Position numbers and translations under genes: made by a program. Below, piece by piece: positions 20,549 to 30,278 of a stretch of DNA of 64,000 nt (within the stretch, counting starts at the first letter, position 1; every line of letters starts with the position of its first letter). This stretch comes from an uncultured delta proteobacterium (GTDB lineage Bacteria; Desulfobacterota; Desulfobaccia; Desulfobaccales; 0-14-0-80-60-11). The notes beneath the pieces were generated by a model. The model ran no database searches. It saw only the letters and a program-made list of their open reading frames with translations, and was not told the DNA's origin. The DNA lies in contig CAWETI010000002.1 in assembly GCA_963812015.1 (NCBI GenBank), positions 1,408,001 through 1,472,000 on the forward strand, written 5' to 3'.

Positions 20549-21877
20549 TTAAGCCAACGGCCCCAGGGTCTCACTTTCTTCCGGGGTGACCGGCTGCAGC
20601 ACCACCACGGTGCGGTTGTCCGCCCGGAGGTAGGTCCGGGCCACCCGGAGAATATCTGCGGCAGTGACCGCCTCCAGGGAACTGAGCACCTGGTTGGCTA
20701 GCTGCGCCTCCCCGGCCTTCAGGTGGCACAAACCTACCAGGAGCCCCCGGAAAAAATTGTGGGCCAGGGAGCGCACCCCTTGAGAACGCAGGAGTTTTTT
20801 AGCGCGGGCCAGTTCCGCCGGGGTCACGCCATCCTGCTGGAGCCGGTCCAGGGCGGCCCAGAGCTCCTGCTCCAACTCCGCCAGGGATTGGCCCGGGGTC
20901 GCCACCGCGGCGATCACCAGGAGATCGGGGTCCTGGGCCGAAAAGGGCACGGGGGCCAGTTCCACGTCCAGGGCGATCGCCTTGCCCTGCCGGACGAAAT
21001 CCTGGTGAAACCGGGAAGCCTTGCTCCCGGACAAGATGACGGCCAGCAGGTTCAAGGGGTAGAGGTCCGGGTGGCCAAACCCCACGATATGGAACCCGGC
21101 GAACAGGGCCTCCACCTGAGAGACCTTCTTGACGATGGCCCGGCGCTCGCCCCGCTGGGGCGGCTCCTCGACTTTGGGGTCGGGATTCGCGGCCGGGGCG
21201 GGAATTTGGCCGAAATACCGGTCCACCAGGTCCCGGGCCCGCTCCGGCTCCACGTCCCCGGCGATGACCACGGTGATCTTCCCGGGGTGGTAATGGCTGC
21301 GGTAGTATGCCAGGCAATCCTCCAGGGTCATGCGGTGCAGGTCCTGGTCCCAGCCCACCACCGGCCAATTATAGGGGTGCTGGGTATAGGCGGTGGCGAA
21401 TAATTGCTCTTCCACCAACCCGAAGGGGCTGTCCACCGAGCGCAGTTTCCGTTCGCTGATGACCACCTGGCGCTCCGGCTGGAAGGTGTCGTCGTCCAGT
21501 TTTAAATTAATGAGGCGATCAGCCTCCAGTTGCAGGCCCAATTCCAGGTGCGCCGCGGGCAGATTTTCGAAGTAGGAGGTGTGGTCCCGGGTGGTGAAGG
21601 CGTTGATCTCCCCGCCCTTGGCCTGGAGGATGCGGGAGAATTCCTCGGGACCCAGGGTCTCCGTGCCCCGGAACATGAGATGCTCGAAGAGGTGGGAAAT
21701 GCCGGTAATGCCCGGCAGCTCGTGGCGGGACCCCACCTTATAGTGAATCTGCAGGGAGACGATGGGCAAACGGTGATCCGGAAGCACGAACAGGGTGAGG
21801 CCGTTGGCCAGGGTAAAGCGCTCCAGGGTGATTTCGGGCTGCCAAGCGGCCGGATCAAAGTTCCGGGATAGGGTCAT
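20549..21877 (-). CDS. M16 zinc peptidase family, catalytic subunit
   Basis: GISHLFEHLMF (HxxEH), INAFT, downstream Glu in VVISER. Confidence 0.95.
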   Translation of the reverse strand: MTLSRNFDPAAWQPEITLERFTLANGLTLFVLPDHRLPIVSLQIHYKVGSRHELPGITGISHLFEHLMFRGTETLGPEEFSRILQAKGGEINAFTTRDHTSYFENLPAAHLELGLQLEADRLINLKLDDDTFQPERQVVISERKLRSVDSPFGLVEEQLFATAYTQHPYNWPVVGWDQDLHRMTLEDCLAYYRSHYHPGKITVVIAGDVEPERARDLVDRYFGQIPAPAANPDPKVEEPPQRGERRAIVKKVSQVEALFAGFHIVGFGHPDLYPLNLLAVILSGSKASRFHQDFVRQGKAIALDVELAPVPFSAQDPDLLVIAAVATPGQSLAELEQELWAALDRLQQDGVTPAELARAKKLLRSQGVRSLAHNFFRGLLVGLCHLKAGEAQLANQVLSSLEAVTAADILRVARTYLRADNRTVVVLQPVTPEESETLGPLA

Positions 21878-21956
21878 TAAAATTCCTCCTCAATACGTTA
21901 GAGGCTAGTTAAAGAAATTGGGGAAAAGGTCTTAAAAATTATGGTTTTCACCCTTT

Positions 21957-22916
21957 TTATTTAGCCGGTGGATAGCCGCTCCATTTTCTGGCCAGGGTCT
22001 CGTCCACTTCCACCCGTAACGGAGTCATTTCCACAATCGGGATGGCCTTGGGCCGCTCCCCCGCCAGGACCCGCCGGGCCAGGCCGGCCAGGTCTTCCCC
22101 CAGGCGGCGGTAATCCAGGGCCACCCACAACACAGCCCCCTGGTGCGGCTCATCGGGGGCGCCGCTCACCACCCTGACCTTCATGCGGCGGCCCCAGTCC
22201 AGGGCCAGGGGCGCATAGCGCGCGGCGCTTTCGGCCGGGGGCAGATAGATGACCCGGGCTCCCCGATTCATCAGCCGCTCCAGGCCGACTGCGTCGGTGG
22301 CGGCCGCGGCGCTGGTCTCGGTCAAGGGCTGCACCCCGAAGCGCGGCGCCTCGGTCTCGAAACGCCGGGCGAAATCCGCGGCCATCCCGTCGGTGGGGTC
22401 ATAGAGGAGACCCCAGGCGCCTTGCCCCAGCAGGCTGGCGCCGTGCTGCAGCGCCGCATCCAGGGGCGCCGGGGACGCAATGCCGGTGACGTTCTCCTGG
22501 TGAATGCCGGGGTGGGCCGGATCATAAGCGGCTTTGGTAAAATAAGGGTTGGCCACCAGGCCGAAGATCACGGGAATCTGTTTCACCACCGGGGCCACCC
22601 AGAGGAGCGCCGGGGTGCCCAGCACCACCAAGAGCCGGGGACGGGTCTCTCGCACGCGGCGCAGAGTTTCCTGCCCCTGAGGCCCGAACTCCGGGACCAA
22701 AACCACTTCCACGGGTCCTGCCCCCAGTTTGGCCTTAAATCCGGCCACCGTCTGGCGCAGCCTGGGGGAATCCGGGGAGCCGAAGACGATGATGGGACCC
22801 GGGGCGCGGCTGCAGCTGGTCAAGGTCACCAAACCCATAAGCAGCAGGGTGCGGAGAAGTTTTCGGTTTTCGGTTTTCGGTTTTCGGTTAAAGGCTTGGG
22901 GTTGTAACATACTCAC
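21957..22916 (-). CDS. ABC transporter substrate-binding-like lipoprotein (start uncertain)
   Basis: LTSC lipobox; VVLGTPA, IPVIFGLV.NP, NVTGIA, GLLYDP pattern. Confidence 0.75.
   Translation of the reverse strand: MSMLQPQAFNRKPKTENRKLLRTLLLMGLVTLTSCSRAPGPIIVFGSPDSPRLRQTVAGFKAKLGAGPVEVVLVPEFGPQGQETLRRVRETRPRLLVVLGTPALLWVAPVVKQIPVIFGLVANPYFTKAAYDPAHPGIHQENVTGIASPAPLDAALQHGASLLGQGAWGLLYDPTDGMAADFARRFETEAPRFGVQPLTETSAAAATDAVGLERLMNRGARVIYLPPAESAARYAPLALDWGRRMKVRVVSGAPDEPHQGAVLWVALDYRRLGEDLAGLARRVLAGERPKAIPIVEMTPLRVEVDETLARKWSGYPPAK
22860..22889. repeat. Heptamer tandem repeat (TTTTCGG)x4
   Basis: Seen directly; related arrays at 27150-27182, 27957-27978 and 34305-34332. Confidence 0.8.
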
Positions 22917-23029
22917 AGGGCAAGCGTTCCCAAAAAACCTGGTTAAAACAGTTCTAACCGCAATGGCGACAGGCCGTGAATAGGTGGCTCACGTTACCTG
23001 AAAACCGGAAACCGGCCCAATGAGCCACC

Positions 23030-23767
23030 CTAAGGGATAAACATGCCGATGCGCTGCCAGCGTAGCCTAAAGTCATTGCTATTCCAGGATAAATGGTAAA
23101 TAAGCCCCTTGAGCCCCCCCAGAAAGGCCTCGTAGATGGACTGGCCTGAAGGTCCCTGCCAGGAAAAATAAATGATGACCGCCTTGCCCCGGAAATTATC
23201 CATGGGCACAAAGCCCCAGAAACGGCTGTCATAACTGTGATCCCGGTTGTCCCCCATGCAAAAATAAGAGTTAGCCGGCACCACCAACGGGCCCATGTTG
23301 TCCCGGCCCGAGTCGGTGGGGCGCTGCGGAGGCGGCATAATCAAAGGATCGTCATAGACCGCCTGGGGGGTCTCAAACAATTTACCGTTGATGAAGATTT
23401 TTTTATTGGTGATCTGAACGCGGTCGCCGGGCAGGCCGATAACCCGTTTGATATAGTCTTTGGTGGGGTCCTGGGGAAAGATAAAGACCACCACATCCCC
23501 TCGCTGAGGCGTGCCGATGGGAATCCAGACCTTGTTGGTTAATGGGTTGCGGAGGCCATAGGCAAACTTGTTCACCAGGAGATAGTCGCCGATGAGCAAG
23601 GTCGGTTGCATGGAGCCGGAGGGAATGGAAAAGGCCTGTACTAAAAAGGCCCGGATCACCAGGGCCAGGATAAAGGCGATGAACAAGGCCTCCCCGTATT
23701 CCCGCCAAAAAGGCTTCTTCAGGGAACCGGGGCGCGCACCAGAGTCTCTTGGGGTCATGGATAGCAT
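23030..23767 (-). CDS. lepB: Signal peptidase I
   Basis: IPSGSMQPTL.IGD, YIKRVIGLPGD, MGDNRDHSYDSRFWG. Confidence 0.97.
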   Translation of the reverse strand: MLSMTPRDSGARPGSLKKPFWREYGEALFIAFILALVIRAFLVQAFSIPSGSMQPTLLIGDYLLVNKFAYGLRNPLTNKVWIPIGTPQRGDVVVFIFPQDPTKDYIKRVIGLPGDRVQITNKKIFINGKLFETPQAVYDDPLIMPPPQRPTDSGRDNMGPLVVPANSYFCMGDNRDHSYDSRFWGFVPMDNFRGKAVIIYFSWQGPSGQSIYEAFLGGLKGLIYHLSWNSNDFRLRWQRIGMFIP

Positions 23768-23822
23768 AGGGGACTTTTCAGGGGAGAGGCTGCGGTGAAC
23801 AGCCCGTCCCGTAGCAGCTGTC

Positions 23823-23984
23823 TTAATCCACCGGCTGGAATTGATCTTGAGTGGCGCCGCAAATTGGGCAGACCCATTCCGGCGGCAATTTATCGAACGG
23901 GGTGTTGGGATGAACGTGGTTATCCGGGTCTCCCTGGGCAGGGTCGTAGATATAACCGCAAATCTGACATTGGTATTGTTTCAT
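23823..23984 (-). CDS. Rubredoxin (53 aa; absent from the ORF track)
   Basis: Manual translation [62 protein letters not shown]. Confidence 0.96.
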   Translation of the reverse strand: MKQYQCQICGYIYDPAQGDPDNHVHPNTPFDKLPPEWVCPICGATQDQFQPVD

Positions 23985-23998
23985 GGCGCTCTCCTCGG

Positions 23999-24631
23999 CT
24001 AGGAAAGGTTATCCCGGGCCAGACCCCGAATCAGGTCAGGGCCCGCGGCGAACGAATCCAGGTAATAGTCGGCGGTCAACTCGGGGTTGCGGTAGGCCAC
24101 AAACGGCACTCCGGCATTAGCGGCGAATTCCTCATCCACTCGGGAATCGCCGATGTAAATGGCTTCATGGGGCTCCAGGGCAAAGTGCTTCAGGATGCGC
24201 TCAAAGGATTCCGGGTGCGGTTTGGGGCGGCTGACGTCCTGGGCCGACACCACCAAGTCGAAGTCCTCCGTCAAGCCGTGGTAGGTAAGCACCGCCCGGG
24301 TGGTGGTGGTGCGGTTGGTGGCCAGGGCCGTGTACCGGCCGGGGCGCAAGAACCGGAGAAACTCCCGGAGGAACGGCTCCTCCACCATCATGGCGATGAA
24401 GGGGCTGTAATCGAAACTGCGGGCGAAGCGAAACACGGCCTCCAGGTCGGCATAGCCCTGGAAGATGTGCTCCAAGGATTCCCCCACGGTGTGGCTGTGA
24501 ATATAGTCCACAGACTCGGGGCTCAGGGCGGGCCGGCCAAAGTTGGCGAGGATGCTCGTGTAGAAGGCGATATTGGCCTGTCGTGAATCAAACAAGACCC
24601 CGTCGCAATCAAAGGCTACCAGTTTGGTCAA
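23999..24631 (-). CDS. HAD-superfamily hydrolase (phosphoglycolate phosphatase-like)
   Basis: [28 protein letters not shown] start inferred. Confidence 0.9.
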   Translation of the reverse strand: MTKLVAFDCDGVLFDSRQANIAFYTSILANFGRPALSPESVDYIHSHTVGESLEHIFQGYADLEAVFRFARSFDYSPFIAMMVEEPFLREFLRFLRPGRYTALATNRTTTTRAVLTYHGLTEDFDLVVSAQDVSRPKPHPESFERILKHFALEPHEAIYIGDSRVDEEFAANAGVPFVAYRNPELTADYYLDSFAAGPDLIRGLARDNLS

Positions 24632-24932
24632 GTTATCGTTCCATGATGTCGGGCGAACCGATTTGGCCCGGGGGATCATTGCCGCCCGGGGCGGCAGCGC
24701 CATTTTTAATAAAATATAAATATTATCAGATTATTGTCAATTATCAATGCCGGCCAGAAAAAAGGGCCAAGGTTCTCGGCGGCAGAAAGGTTGGAAAAAG
24801 GTTTTTTTCGACTTTTCCCAAGGTTAGCTCCCAGGCGCTTGCAGGGCTTGGGGCCCGGGGGAGGTGCCACCCAGACCTCCGAGACGGTTTTCTCCTTGAT
24901 TTTCAGGCCCGGTTCTCCCAGAATCATACCTC

Positions 24933-26051
24933 ATGATGCCTATCCCATTGAACCCTCGTCTGGCGGCCCTCAGGGAGCTGCTCCCCTCCCATGGAGTTGA
25001 CGCCCTTCTGGTTTTAGGTCCCGAAAATCGCCGCTACCTGAGCGGGTTTACCGCCACCGACCCCGACTGGGGCATGCTCCTGATCACCCCGGAGGCGGCC
25101 CTGCTGGTCACCGATTTCCGCTACCAGGTTTGGGCCCAACAGGAAGTCCGGGATTTTGAGGTGCACCTCTACAAATTCGACTTGGGGGAAACCCTGGGGG
25201 AGTTCCTCAAGGATCTGAAGGTGGGACGGTTGGGTTTTGAAGCGGCGCATCTCACCTACCATCAGTACCAGCGTCTGACCCAGGCCGTAAGCGGGGCGGG
25301 GCTCACGGTGACCTGGCAACCCCTGGAAGGGCTGGTGGAGGGTTTGCGGCAGTGGAAGAGCGAGGCCGAACTGGCCATCATGCGGCAGGCATTGGAACTG
25401 ACCGAAAACGTGATGCTCCAGGTGGCCGGGGAGCTCGCCCCGGGCCTGACGGAACGCCAGGTGGCCTGGGAGATCGAAAAACGCCTCCGGGAAGGCGGGG
25501 CCGAGGATATGGCCTTTCCTCCCATCGTGGCGGCCGGGGCCAATAGCGCCCGGCCCCATCACCACCCCGGGGACTACCGCCTCAAGGCCGGAGAACCCAT
25601 CATCATCGACATGGGGGCCCGGATAGACGGTTACTGCGCCGATATGACCCGCACCTTTATTATAGGGCCTGCCGATGACCACTTCAGGAAAATCTACTCC
25701 CTGGTGCGCCGGGCCCAGGCCCGGGCGGAGGCCGAACTCAAGGCCGGCATGGACAGCCTGGCGGGGGATGCCTTGGCGCGGGAAGTGATCGCCGCCGGCG
25801 GCTATGGCGAGGCCTTCGGCCACTCCCTGGGGCATGGGGTGGGGTTGGCGGTGCATGAGTCTCCCAGCCTGAGCCCCTCCGAAGCCAGGCGAGGCGTGCT
25901 CCCGGCCGGGTGCGTGGTGACGGTGGAACCGGGTATCTACCTCACCGGCTGGGGGGGCGTCCGCCTGGAGAATATGGTGCTGCTCCACCCCGAGGGGGCC
26001 GAGGTGTTGAATAAACCCGGATATTTTTACGATTTCGGAATGGATGCTTAG
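24933..26051 (+). CDS. Xaa-Pro aminopeptidase (M24B)
   Basis: RRYLSGF, IDMGA...GYCADMTRT, HSLGHGVGLAVHE, EPGIY, GVRLE. Confidence 0.95.
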   Translation: MMPIPLNPRLAALRELLPSHGVDALLVLGPENRRYLSGFTATDPDWGMLLITPEAALLVTDFRYQVWAQQEVRDFEVHLYKFDLGETLGEFLKDLKVGRLGFEAAHLTYHQYQRLTQAVSGAGLTVTWQPLEGLVEGLRQWKSEAELAIMRQALELTENVMLQVAGELAPGLTERQVAWEIEKRLREGGAEDMAFPPIVAAGANSARPHHHPGDYRLKAGEPIIIDMGARIDGYCADMTRTFIIGPADDHFRKIYSLVRRAQARAEAELKAGMDSLAGDALAREVIAAGGYGEAFGHSLGHGVGLAVHESPSLSPSEARRGVLPAGCVVTVEPGIYLTGWGGVRLENMVLLHPEGAEVLNKPGYFYDFGMDA

Positions 26052-26206
26052 GGGGCTGCCGGCGAAAAACTCCCGTGGCGCTCAGAAATAAATCTGCAAA
26101 AAGATCCGTTCCCTTCCCCCTGGAGATAGGAGGGCCGGGGTGGGGGGGCAAAGCATAAGCTGGGTGACAAGATGACCGGAACCTCTCTTCTCCTGGCATC
26201 CTCTGA

Positions 26207-26509
26207 TTACTTCGCTCTTCTCCCGATTTCCCAGGGAGTGGAGAAATCCAAGCCCACCAGAAAGTGTTCCGGTTTCGAAGGGTGGGGGAGAACCCAGACT
26301 ACATGGCCTCTGCGGTGAATCTCTTTGGCCATGTCCGGCAGGATAAAACTGAATTCTACCGGGTCCCCGGAGTTGTACCGGATCGGGGTTTCAATTTTAG
26401 CCCCGGTCTCGCTTACGTTTAATAAATAGGTGCCACCCATAGGTTGGTTGTTAATCTCTTTTATTTCTAAAAAGACGGATATACGCTTATCCCGACGTCT
26501 CTCCTCCAT
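26207..26509 (-). CDS. PilZ-domain protein
   Basis: RRDKR (RxxxR) and NVSETG (D/NxSxxG). Confidence 0.9.
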   Translation of the reverse strand: MEERRRDKRISVFLEIKEINNQPMGGTYLLNVSETGAKIETPIRYNSGDPVEFSFILPDMAKEIHRRGHVVWVLPHPSKPEHFLVGLDFSTPWEIGRRAK

Positions 26510-26547
26510 TTCGCACCCTCCTTGGTAAATGCGGCATCATCCAGGTT

Positions 26548-27102
26548 TCACCCCACCGACCGGTCCCGGGCCTGGATGTCGCAGATCATGACCACCAGGT
26601 CGCTGCTCTTGCCGGCCGGGTCCTTGACCAGGTCTTCGAACACGGCTTTCACCGAAAACCCGGCCTTCTTGAAAGCGTTAAAAGCGCCTACGGCCTGGAG
26701 GTGAATCTCGGCTATCAGCTTTTCCAGGCCGAATTCCCCGGCCAGTTCGACAATTTCGTTGATCAGAAGGGTGCCCAGTCCCCGGCCCTGGTAGTCTTTG
26801 GCCACCACCACCCGGACATTGCCCAGATGGCGCTTCCATCCCACCTTGCGCATGTGGAGGGTGACGTCCCCGACGATCCGACCATCGGCTTCCGCCACCA
26901 GGGGAAAGACCCGGTGATAGTCGATGTGGTTCACCCAGTGGTCGATCACGGCGGGGTCCCGCACGTCACTGCGCAGGAAGCTCAATTCTTTGGCATCGAG
27001 ACCCTGGAAGAATTTCAGCAGCATTTCCCGGTCTTCCTTGACTAAAGGCCTCAGCTTGACCCGAGAACCGTCTTTCAACACCCCCTCTTTGGAGTAAGCC
27101 AT
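26548..27102 (-). CDS. GNAT N-acetyltransferase
   Basis: LKDGSRVKLRPL, VAKDYQGRGLG. Confidence 0.9.
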   Translation of the reverse strand: MAYSKEGVLKDGSRVKLRPLVKEDREMLLKFFQGLDAKELSFLRSDVRDPAVIDHWVNHIDYHRVFPLVAEADGRIVGDVTLHMRKVGWKRHLGNVRVVVAKDYQGRGLGTLLINEIVELAGEFGLEKLIAEIHLQAVGAFNAFKKAGFSVKAVFEDLVKDPAGKSSDLVVMICDIQARDRSVG

Positions 27103-27206
27103 CACCTCGCCCCCCTTTGGTGTAAGAGCTATCAACTATCACCAGTCAGCCAAAAACTAAAAACCAAAAAACCAAAAACCGACTGCTCACTGTTAACCGC
27201 TTGGTT

Positions 27207-27950
27207 CTAAGCCCCCTGGGCCAGGCGCTCTGCCAGAAAATGAGGCAGCCCGGCGGCCAGGATGCGGCGTTGAGCCCCGCCAATATCATAAGGGGCAGTC
27301 TTAAAATGAATGGAAAAATCCTCGTCGTCAAAGATGGCGTAAGCCGCTTCGGGGGTGCCGTCCCGGGGTTGGCCCACGCTGCCGGGGTTGATGAGATAGT
27401 GTTCCTCCGGGGATAACCCCATCTTGGCGGGAGAAATCTTACGCAGGGCCACCGTGCCCCGAATATCCCGGTACCACAGGGCGCGCCGGTGAGTGTGGCC
27501 GAAGAAGCACACCCGGAGGTCAGGGAGATTGCGTAACTGTTTGAGGACCCGTTTTCCCTGAAAGTGGTAGGCGATATAGGTGTCGGGGTTGGAGGGGGTG
27601 CCGTGGCAGGCCAGAAATGAGCCTGGCTCCTCCCGGAGTAAAGGCAGGCCTTGCAGAAATTCCAGAAATTCGGGGCGAATCTGCCGGCGGCACCACATCA
27701 AGGCCTCATAGGCGATGATATTAAAATTTTGGGCCCGTTCAGGATCGAGCACCGCCAGGTCATGGTTACCCGCCAGGCTCCAGATGTTGCGGTTCTGGAG
27801 CAACTCCAGGCACTCATTGGGGCTGGCGTTGTAGCCTACCAGGTCGCCCAGGTTCAAAATGGCCTCCACTCCCTCCAGGTCGATCTGGGCCAGCACGCTG
27901 TCCAGGGCTTCAAAATTACTATGGATATCGGCGATAATGGCCAGGCGCAT
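27207..27950 (-). CDS. Metallophosphoesterase
   Basis: DIHSN, GDLVGY, GNHD, GHTH, NPGSVGQPRD. Confidence 0.95.
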   Translation of the reverse strand: MRLAIIADIHSNFEALDSVLAQIDLEGVEAILNLGDLVGYNASPNECLELLQNRNIWSLAGNHDLAVLDPERAQNFNIIAYEALMWCRRQIRPEFLEFLQGLPLLREEPGSFLACHGTPSNPDTYIAYHFQGKRVLKQLRNLPDLRVCFFGHTHRRALWYRDIRGTVALRKISPAKMGLSPEEHYLINPGSVGQPRDGTPEAAYAIFDDEDFSIHFKTAPYDIGGAQRRILAAGLPHFLAERLAQGA

Positions 27951-28149
27951 GATAAGCTTTCGGTTTCCGGTTTTTGGTGAGGAGTACCACGCACTCACCC
28001 TCTTCTTATTCTTGCGTAAATATCCAAATAATCAACGCATTTTTTAGGGATAGCCTGAGAATCGTCAATTTTTTTGGGGGGTGACCGGAATCCGGCGACT
28101 CGACCACCTTCCTTGACTTTTCCAGGGATTTTGTTACCTTTTGGCCACC

Positions 28150-30135
28150 ATGGAACCTGGCGATATTGTCGAATTCTTCGAAGAAAAGCGCATTTTATGC
28201 GGCGTCGTAATGGACCTGAAGGGGGAGCGGCTCCATGTCCTTACTCAGACCAGCCGGGAAATGACCCTGACCCCCAAGCGGGTTCTTCACCAGGGCCCCC
28301 GCCTGCCCATCGACAGCTTGTCCCGCCAGGAGTTGCTGCGCCAACTGGAAGAGACCGCCCGGAAACGGGAGATTTTAAAAGGCAACATCAATCTGGAAGA
28401 CCTGTGGGAACTGCTGGCTTCAGAGGAGCAGGCCGTGTCGGTGGCCGAGATGGCGGACCTGTGGTTCGCCCAGAGCACTCCCGACCAGGTCGCGGCCACC
28501 AGCCGGAGCCTCAGGGAGGATCGGTTTCTCTTTAAGCAGAAAGATAACCTGGTGATTCCCAATCCTCCGGAAGTGGTCGAGCAACTGAAAGAACAGTATT
28601 TCCGGGAGTTGGAGCGCCTCCAGGAGCTGGAGGAGATTGCCGCCTGGCTTGAGAAGGTCTGGGCCGGGCAGGGGGCCGCGGCCGGGCCCTGGAAAGACCG
28701 GGTCGTGGACCTGTTGCGCCGGATGGCGGTGTGGGGAGCCGAGGCCCCCGATTACCTCCAGGGGAAGGCCTATCTGGACAAGGCCCGCCTTAACCCGGTG
28801 GAGGCCCCCTTTCGCCTGCTGGTGCGGTTGGGAGTGTTTCAGGAGGATGAAGACCTGGACCTCTACCGGCTGGAGGTTCCGCTGGAATTTTCCCCGGAGG
28901 TCCTGAACCTGGCCCGGGGGCTGGTCAAAACCTCGCCTCCTGATCTCTATGCGGCCCGGCGGCAGGACCTGACCTATTTGGAATTGATGACCATCGACGG
29001 GGAGCGCACCCGGGACTTCGACGATGCCCTGAGTCTGGAGGAAGTGCCGGAAGGCTGGCGCCTGGGGATTCACATCGCCGACGTCTCAGCGCAGGTGCAG
29101 CCTCGAACCTCCCTGGATCAGGAGGCCCAGGAACGGGGCACCTCCATCTACCTGCCGGAGCGGCGGCTGCCCATGCTGCCGGAGGAACTCTCGGAAGATA
29201 CCGTGAGCCTGCTGGTTCACCAGGAACGCCTGGCTTTAAGCTTTCTGGTGACCCTGAGTCCTGACGCCGAGGTCAAGGACTGGGTGATCGTCCCCAGCCG
29301 CATCAAGGTCCACCGGCGCCTGACTTACCATGAAGTGGACGGTCTCCTGGCCCAGGATCGACAACTCGCCACCCTGTCTCACCTCACCCAGCGTCTCAAG
29401 GAACGGCGGCTATCCCGGGGTGGCCATGAACTGCGTTTGCCGGAGGTGTGGGTCATTTTTACCCCCCAAGGCGAGATCCAGGTGGTCGTGGAAGACCAGG
29501 AGACGGCCAGCCACCAGTTGGTGGCCGAGGCCATGGTGCTGGCCAATTCCCTGGCGGCCCGATTCCTGGCGGACCAGGGGATTGCCGCCATCTACCGGGG
29601 ACAACCCGATCCCCGGGAGCCTATCCAATCGGCCCCGGACAAGACCCTCCTGGAACTCTGGCAGGACCGGCGCCGCCTGAGCCGGGTGGTAATGGACCTC
29701 TCACCATCGCCCCACTGGGGCCTGGGGCTGCCCTGCTATACCTTTGCCACGTCTCCCATCCGCCGCTACCTGGATCTGGTGACCCACCGCCAGATTTTGG
29801 CGGCAGTGAGCGACCAGCCGCCGCCCTATCAGGCGGCGGATCTGGATCGGATTTTGGCCACCATCGAGCCGGCCATGCGCCGGGCCGGCCAGTTAAAAAG
29901 CCGGCGTCTCCGCTATTGGCTCCTGAAGCACCTGGCGTCCCGGGTCGGCCAGAAGATGGAGGCCCTGGTGCTGGAGAGCCTGCCCTACCGCTACCGCATC
30001 ATCCTGCCCGATATCCTGTTGGATCTCTTTATGGCGACCCCGGGCAACGTGAAGCTGACCCCGGGAGATACCGTCCTGGTGCGCCTGGATCGCGCCCTCC
30101 CCCGGGAAGATCAGATCAAGGTTTCTTTGGCTTAA
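28150..30135 (+). CDS. RNase II/R family (RNB) exoribonuclease
   Basis: TIDGERTRDFDDALS, IHIADV, RGTSIYLP, TSPIRRYLDL..HRQ. Confidence 0.95.
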   Translation: MEPGDIVEFFEEKRILCGVVMDLKGERLHVLTQTSREMTLTPKRVLHQGPRLPIDSLSRQELLRQLEETARKREILKGNINLEDLWELLASEEQAVSVAEMADLWFAQSTPDQVAATSRSLREDRFLFKQKDNLVIPNPPEVVEQLKEQYFRELERLQELEEIAAWLEKVWAGQGAAAGPWKDRVVDLLRRMAVWGAEAPDYLQGKAYLDKARLNPVEAPFRLLVRLGVFQEDEDLDLYRLEVPLEFSPEVLNLARGLVKTSPPDLYAARRQDLTYLELMTIDGERTRDFDDALSLEEVPEGWRLGIHIADVSAQVQPRTSLDQEAQERGTSIYLPERRLPMLPEELSEDTVSLLVHQERLALSFLVTLSPDAEVKDWVIVPSRIKVHRRLTYHEVDGLLAQDRQLATLSHLTQRLKERRLSRGGHELRLPEVWVIFTPQGEIQVVVEDQETASHQLVAEAMVLANSLAARFLADQGIAAIYRGQPDPREPIQSAPDKTLLELWQDRRRLSRVVMDLSPSPHWGLGLPCYTFATSPIRRYLDLVTHRQILAAVSDQPPPYQAADLDRILATIEPAMRRAGQLKSRRLRYWLLKHLASRVGQKMEALVLESLPYRYRIILPDILLDLFMATPGNVKLTPGDTVLVRLDRALPREDQIKVSLA

Positions 30136-30278
30136 CCAGGTTGCGGTTGATGGCATGGCCCAGGGAGCCGGGCGGCGCATCGCAAGCGTAATCATTCCTC
30201 CGGTTTTAGCCAGACCTATCGTGCCCCCGGCAATCGAACGGCTGGAAAAGCCTACTCGGACTTACCTGAGCGGCTAGA

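Noticed and set aside
22860..27978. Short tandem repeats considered as a CRISPR array
   Set aside because: Units are 7-8 nt with no unique spacers, and there are no cas genes.
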